IMG/VR virus record: IMGVR_UViG_3300034349_000050 | Span: 1-47,931 of that record | DNA: 47,931 nt | Strand: one strand, 5' to 3' | Source: a virus | Lineage: Duplodnaviria > Caudoviricetes | Shown: piece by piece, positions 46,285-47,931 of the stretch | How positions within the stretch are numbered: position 1 is the first letter of the stretch | How the letters are laid out: the number at the start of each line of letters is the position of its first letter | Translations under genes and position numbers: made by a program | The notes under the pieces: generated by a model | The model's input: the letters and a program-made list of their open reading frames with translations, nothing else | The model's database searches: none | What the model was told of the DNA's origin: nothing

Positions 46285-47679
46285 TTAGACATTAGTTTTT
46301 CCTTCGAAGAGATTATTCAAAGCTTCCATATAGTTCCTTTTTCCTGTAAAAACTTCGTAAGCGTTAAAATCGTGAGTATCTCTAGCCAGAATTATTATGG
46401 ACTCCGTAGGTTTATCTTGGAGTCCTCTTCTTATTCTAGCTGTACCTTGTAGGTACAAATCAGCTTGGTACGTAGGAGATGCAAAAATAACTGTAGTGCA
46501 TCTAGTAAGCGTAATTCCATGTGCCGAACTCTTGGGGTGAAGCAATAGAACTCTAAGCTTTCCGGCTTGCATGTTTTTTATTATTTCATTACGCTTTTCT
46601 GTAGAAGAGACATCTCCATCGATTACATCGTATGACAATCCCCGAGCTATACATTGTTTAATAAGTTCTGCTCTTTGGTGTTTCCATAAAAAGAAACATA
46701 TGGTATGTTCTCGACCTTCAAATAAATCACCAATGAGATTATATCGTCCATTATCTACAGTAGACCAAGTTCTATCACGACCATCTGGATCATTATACAT
46801 TGCGCCTGAAGCACATTGCAAAAGTTTGCCGGCAAGAGCCGCTTTGTTTACTGCCGAAATATTTTTTCCTTCATATTGTAGAAAAGCATTACGACAAAGT
46901 TCATCGTATATTTTTCTGTGCTTGTCAGATAAATCATAGTATATTATTCTATGATCCATTTTTGGAACATTCTTCATACATTCTTCAAAAGAATGCTGAA
47001 TTAATATATCGCCCAAAAGACCGTGAACAATTTCAGCAGAATCAGGCCGATCTATCCACTGAGTAAATGGGCCTTTTTTTGTAGGGAATTGCATGAGATT
47101 TCGGAACGCTGTAAATCGTTTTCCTAATCGTTGCCCATCATCTACTATTCGACACTGTGACCAAAGCTCAGTGACAGAGTTTGGAGCAAAAGTTCCACTC
47201 ATACAATGCCGTTTGACAAAATATGGAGCTAGTTTAAAACTCGCTTTTGTTCTTTGGGCTTCAGGATTCTTATACGCGTGACTTTCATCATTAATTAATA
47301 AAGCATTTTTACCAAGACGATTTCTTAGCCACTTATCACTTTGTTTGGCTAACCAAGTCATTCCATCTTGATTAAGAATGAGTATATCTGAAGAATCTTC
47401 AAAAGCTTTTTTCCTATTCTCTTCAGGAGCTTCTGCCAAAGAAACCGATAAATCAGGGAAAAATCTTGAAAGATCTTCGAGCCAAGCCGCCCGAACTAAA
47501 GTCTTAGGACAAGTTATTAGAACTCTAGAACCACCATTCTCTAAAAAGTATTCAGCAATCGCTGCGTGGCTATTTGTTTTCCCTGTGCCACTCGAAGATC
47601 CATCTAAAACAGATGGTTTATTTTTACCAAACTCATAAGTTTGAAGCTGGTGAGGCCAAAGTTGTGATAAATCAATCAT
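46285..47679 (-). CDS. SNF2-family (SF2) helicase
   Basis: LWPHQ, GTGKT, DESH, MSGT, AHGITL and QGTARIRR motifs. Confidence 0.9.
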   Translation of the reverse strand: MIDLSQLWPHQLQTYEFGKNKPSVLDGSSSGTGKTNSHAAIAEYFLENGGSRVLITCPKTLVRAAWLEDLSRFFPDLSVSLAEAPEENRKKAFEDSSDILILNQDGMTWLAKQSDKWLRNRLGKNALLINDESHAYKNPEAQRTKASFKLAPYFVKRHCMSGTFAPNSVTELWSQCRIVDDGQRLGKRFTAFRNLMQFPTKKGPFTQWIDRPDSAEIVHGLLGDILIQHSFEECMKNVPKMDHRIIYYDLSDKHRKIYDELCRNAFLQYEGKNISAVNKAALAGKLLQCASGAMYNDPDGRDRTWSTVDNGRYNLIGDLFEGREHTICFFLWKHQRAELIKQCIARGLSYDVIDGDVSSTEKRNEIIKNMQAGKLRVLLLHPKSSAHGITLTRCTTVIFASPTYQADLYLQGTARIRRGLQDKPTESIIILARDTHDFNAYEVFTGKRNYMEALNNLFEGKTNV

Positions 47680-47687
47680 ATATTTTC

Positions 47688-47927
47688 CTAACTTTTTATT
47701 CGATCTTCCAGTGTTTTAGTAGCGACAATATCTTTATCTTCTTCTCCTTGCATACGGGGCCATCCTTCAAATAACACAGTGATCGCATCAACTAATCCAA
47801 TTCGATCAAGAGCATGAAGCATGTCTTCATTTTCTTCAAGTTCGAACCGAAAGATCTTGGTTATAGAATGCCAATGACTACCTGACATCCACCTATCATT
47901 CCATACAGCAGTATATTTTTCACCCAT
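47688..47927 (-). CDS. Hypothetical protein (79 aa)
   Basis: Co-oriented immediately upstream of the helicase. The start lies at the window edge. Confidence 0.6.
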   Translation of the reverse strand: MGEKYTAVWNDRWMSGSHWHSITKIFRFELEENEDMLHALDRIGLVDAITVLFEGWPRMQGEEDKDIVATKTLEDRIKS

Positions 47928-47931
47928 GGCG

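Noticed and set aside
1-47931. Alternative genetic code (stop reassignment), as in some crAss-like phages
   Set aside because: Standard code gives dense long ORFs, and TAA, TAG and TGA all end genes at sensible junctions.

Overview
The window is a tailed-phage (or prophage) late/virion region. Nearly all genes are on the + strand, and two minus-strand genes at the right end, including an SNF2-type helicase, converge on them. Left to right it holds a collagen-repeat tail fibre, a tandem-repeat beta-propeller, a 3TM holin, tail/virion structural genes, a two-gene zinc-finger/HNH cassette with its own sigma70 promoter, a LamG protein and further structural genes. A giant 3922-aa protein follows, with a two-barrel RNA polymerase core (HRDP...GDFDGD) and a zincin motif, so it is a candidate virion RNAP. 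After it comes a ~10 kb array of small glycine-zipper or basic proteins, then an HU/IHF-like gene. The most striking signal is a short peptide tag, Y-x-[DNS]-P-[LF], in 13 proteins including the RNAP, at a terminus in 12 of them. It is a candidate capsid-loading or ejection signal. A duplicated ~170-bp non-coding element with convergent TGTAA/TTACA repeats and an IHF consensus brackets part of the array. All family calls come from motif recognition only; no searches were run.
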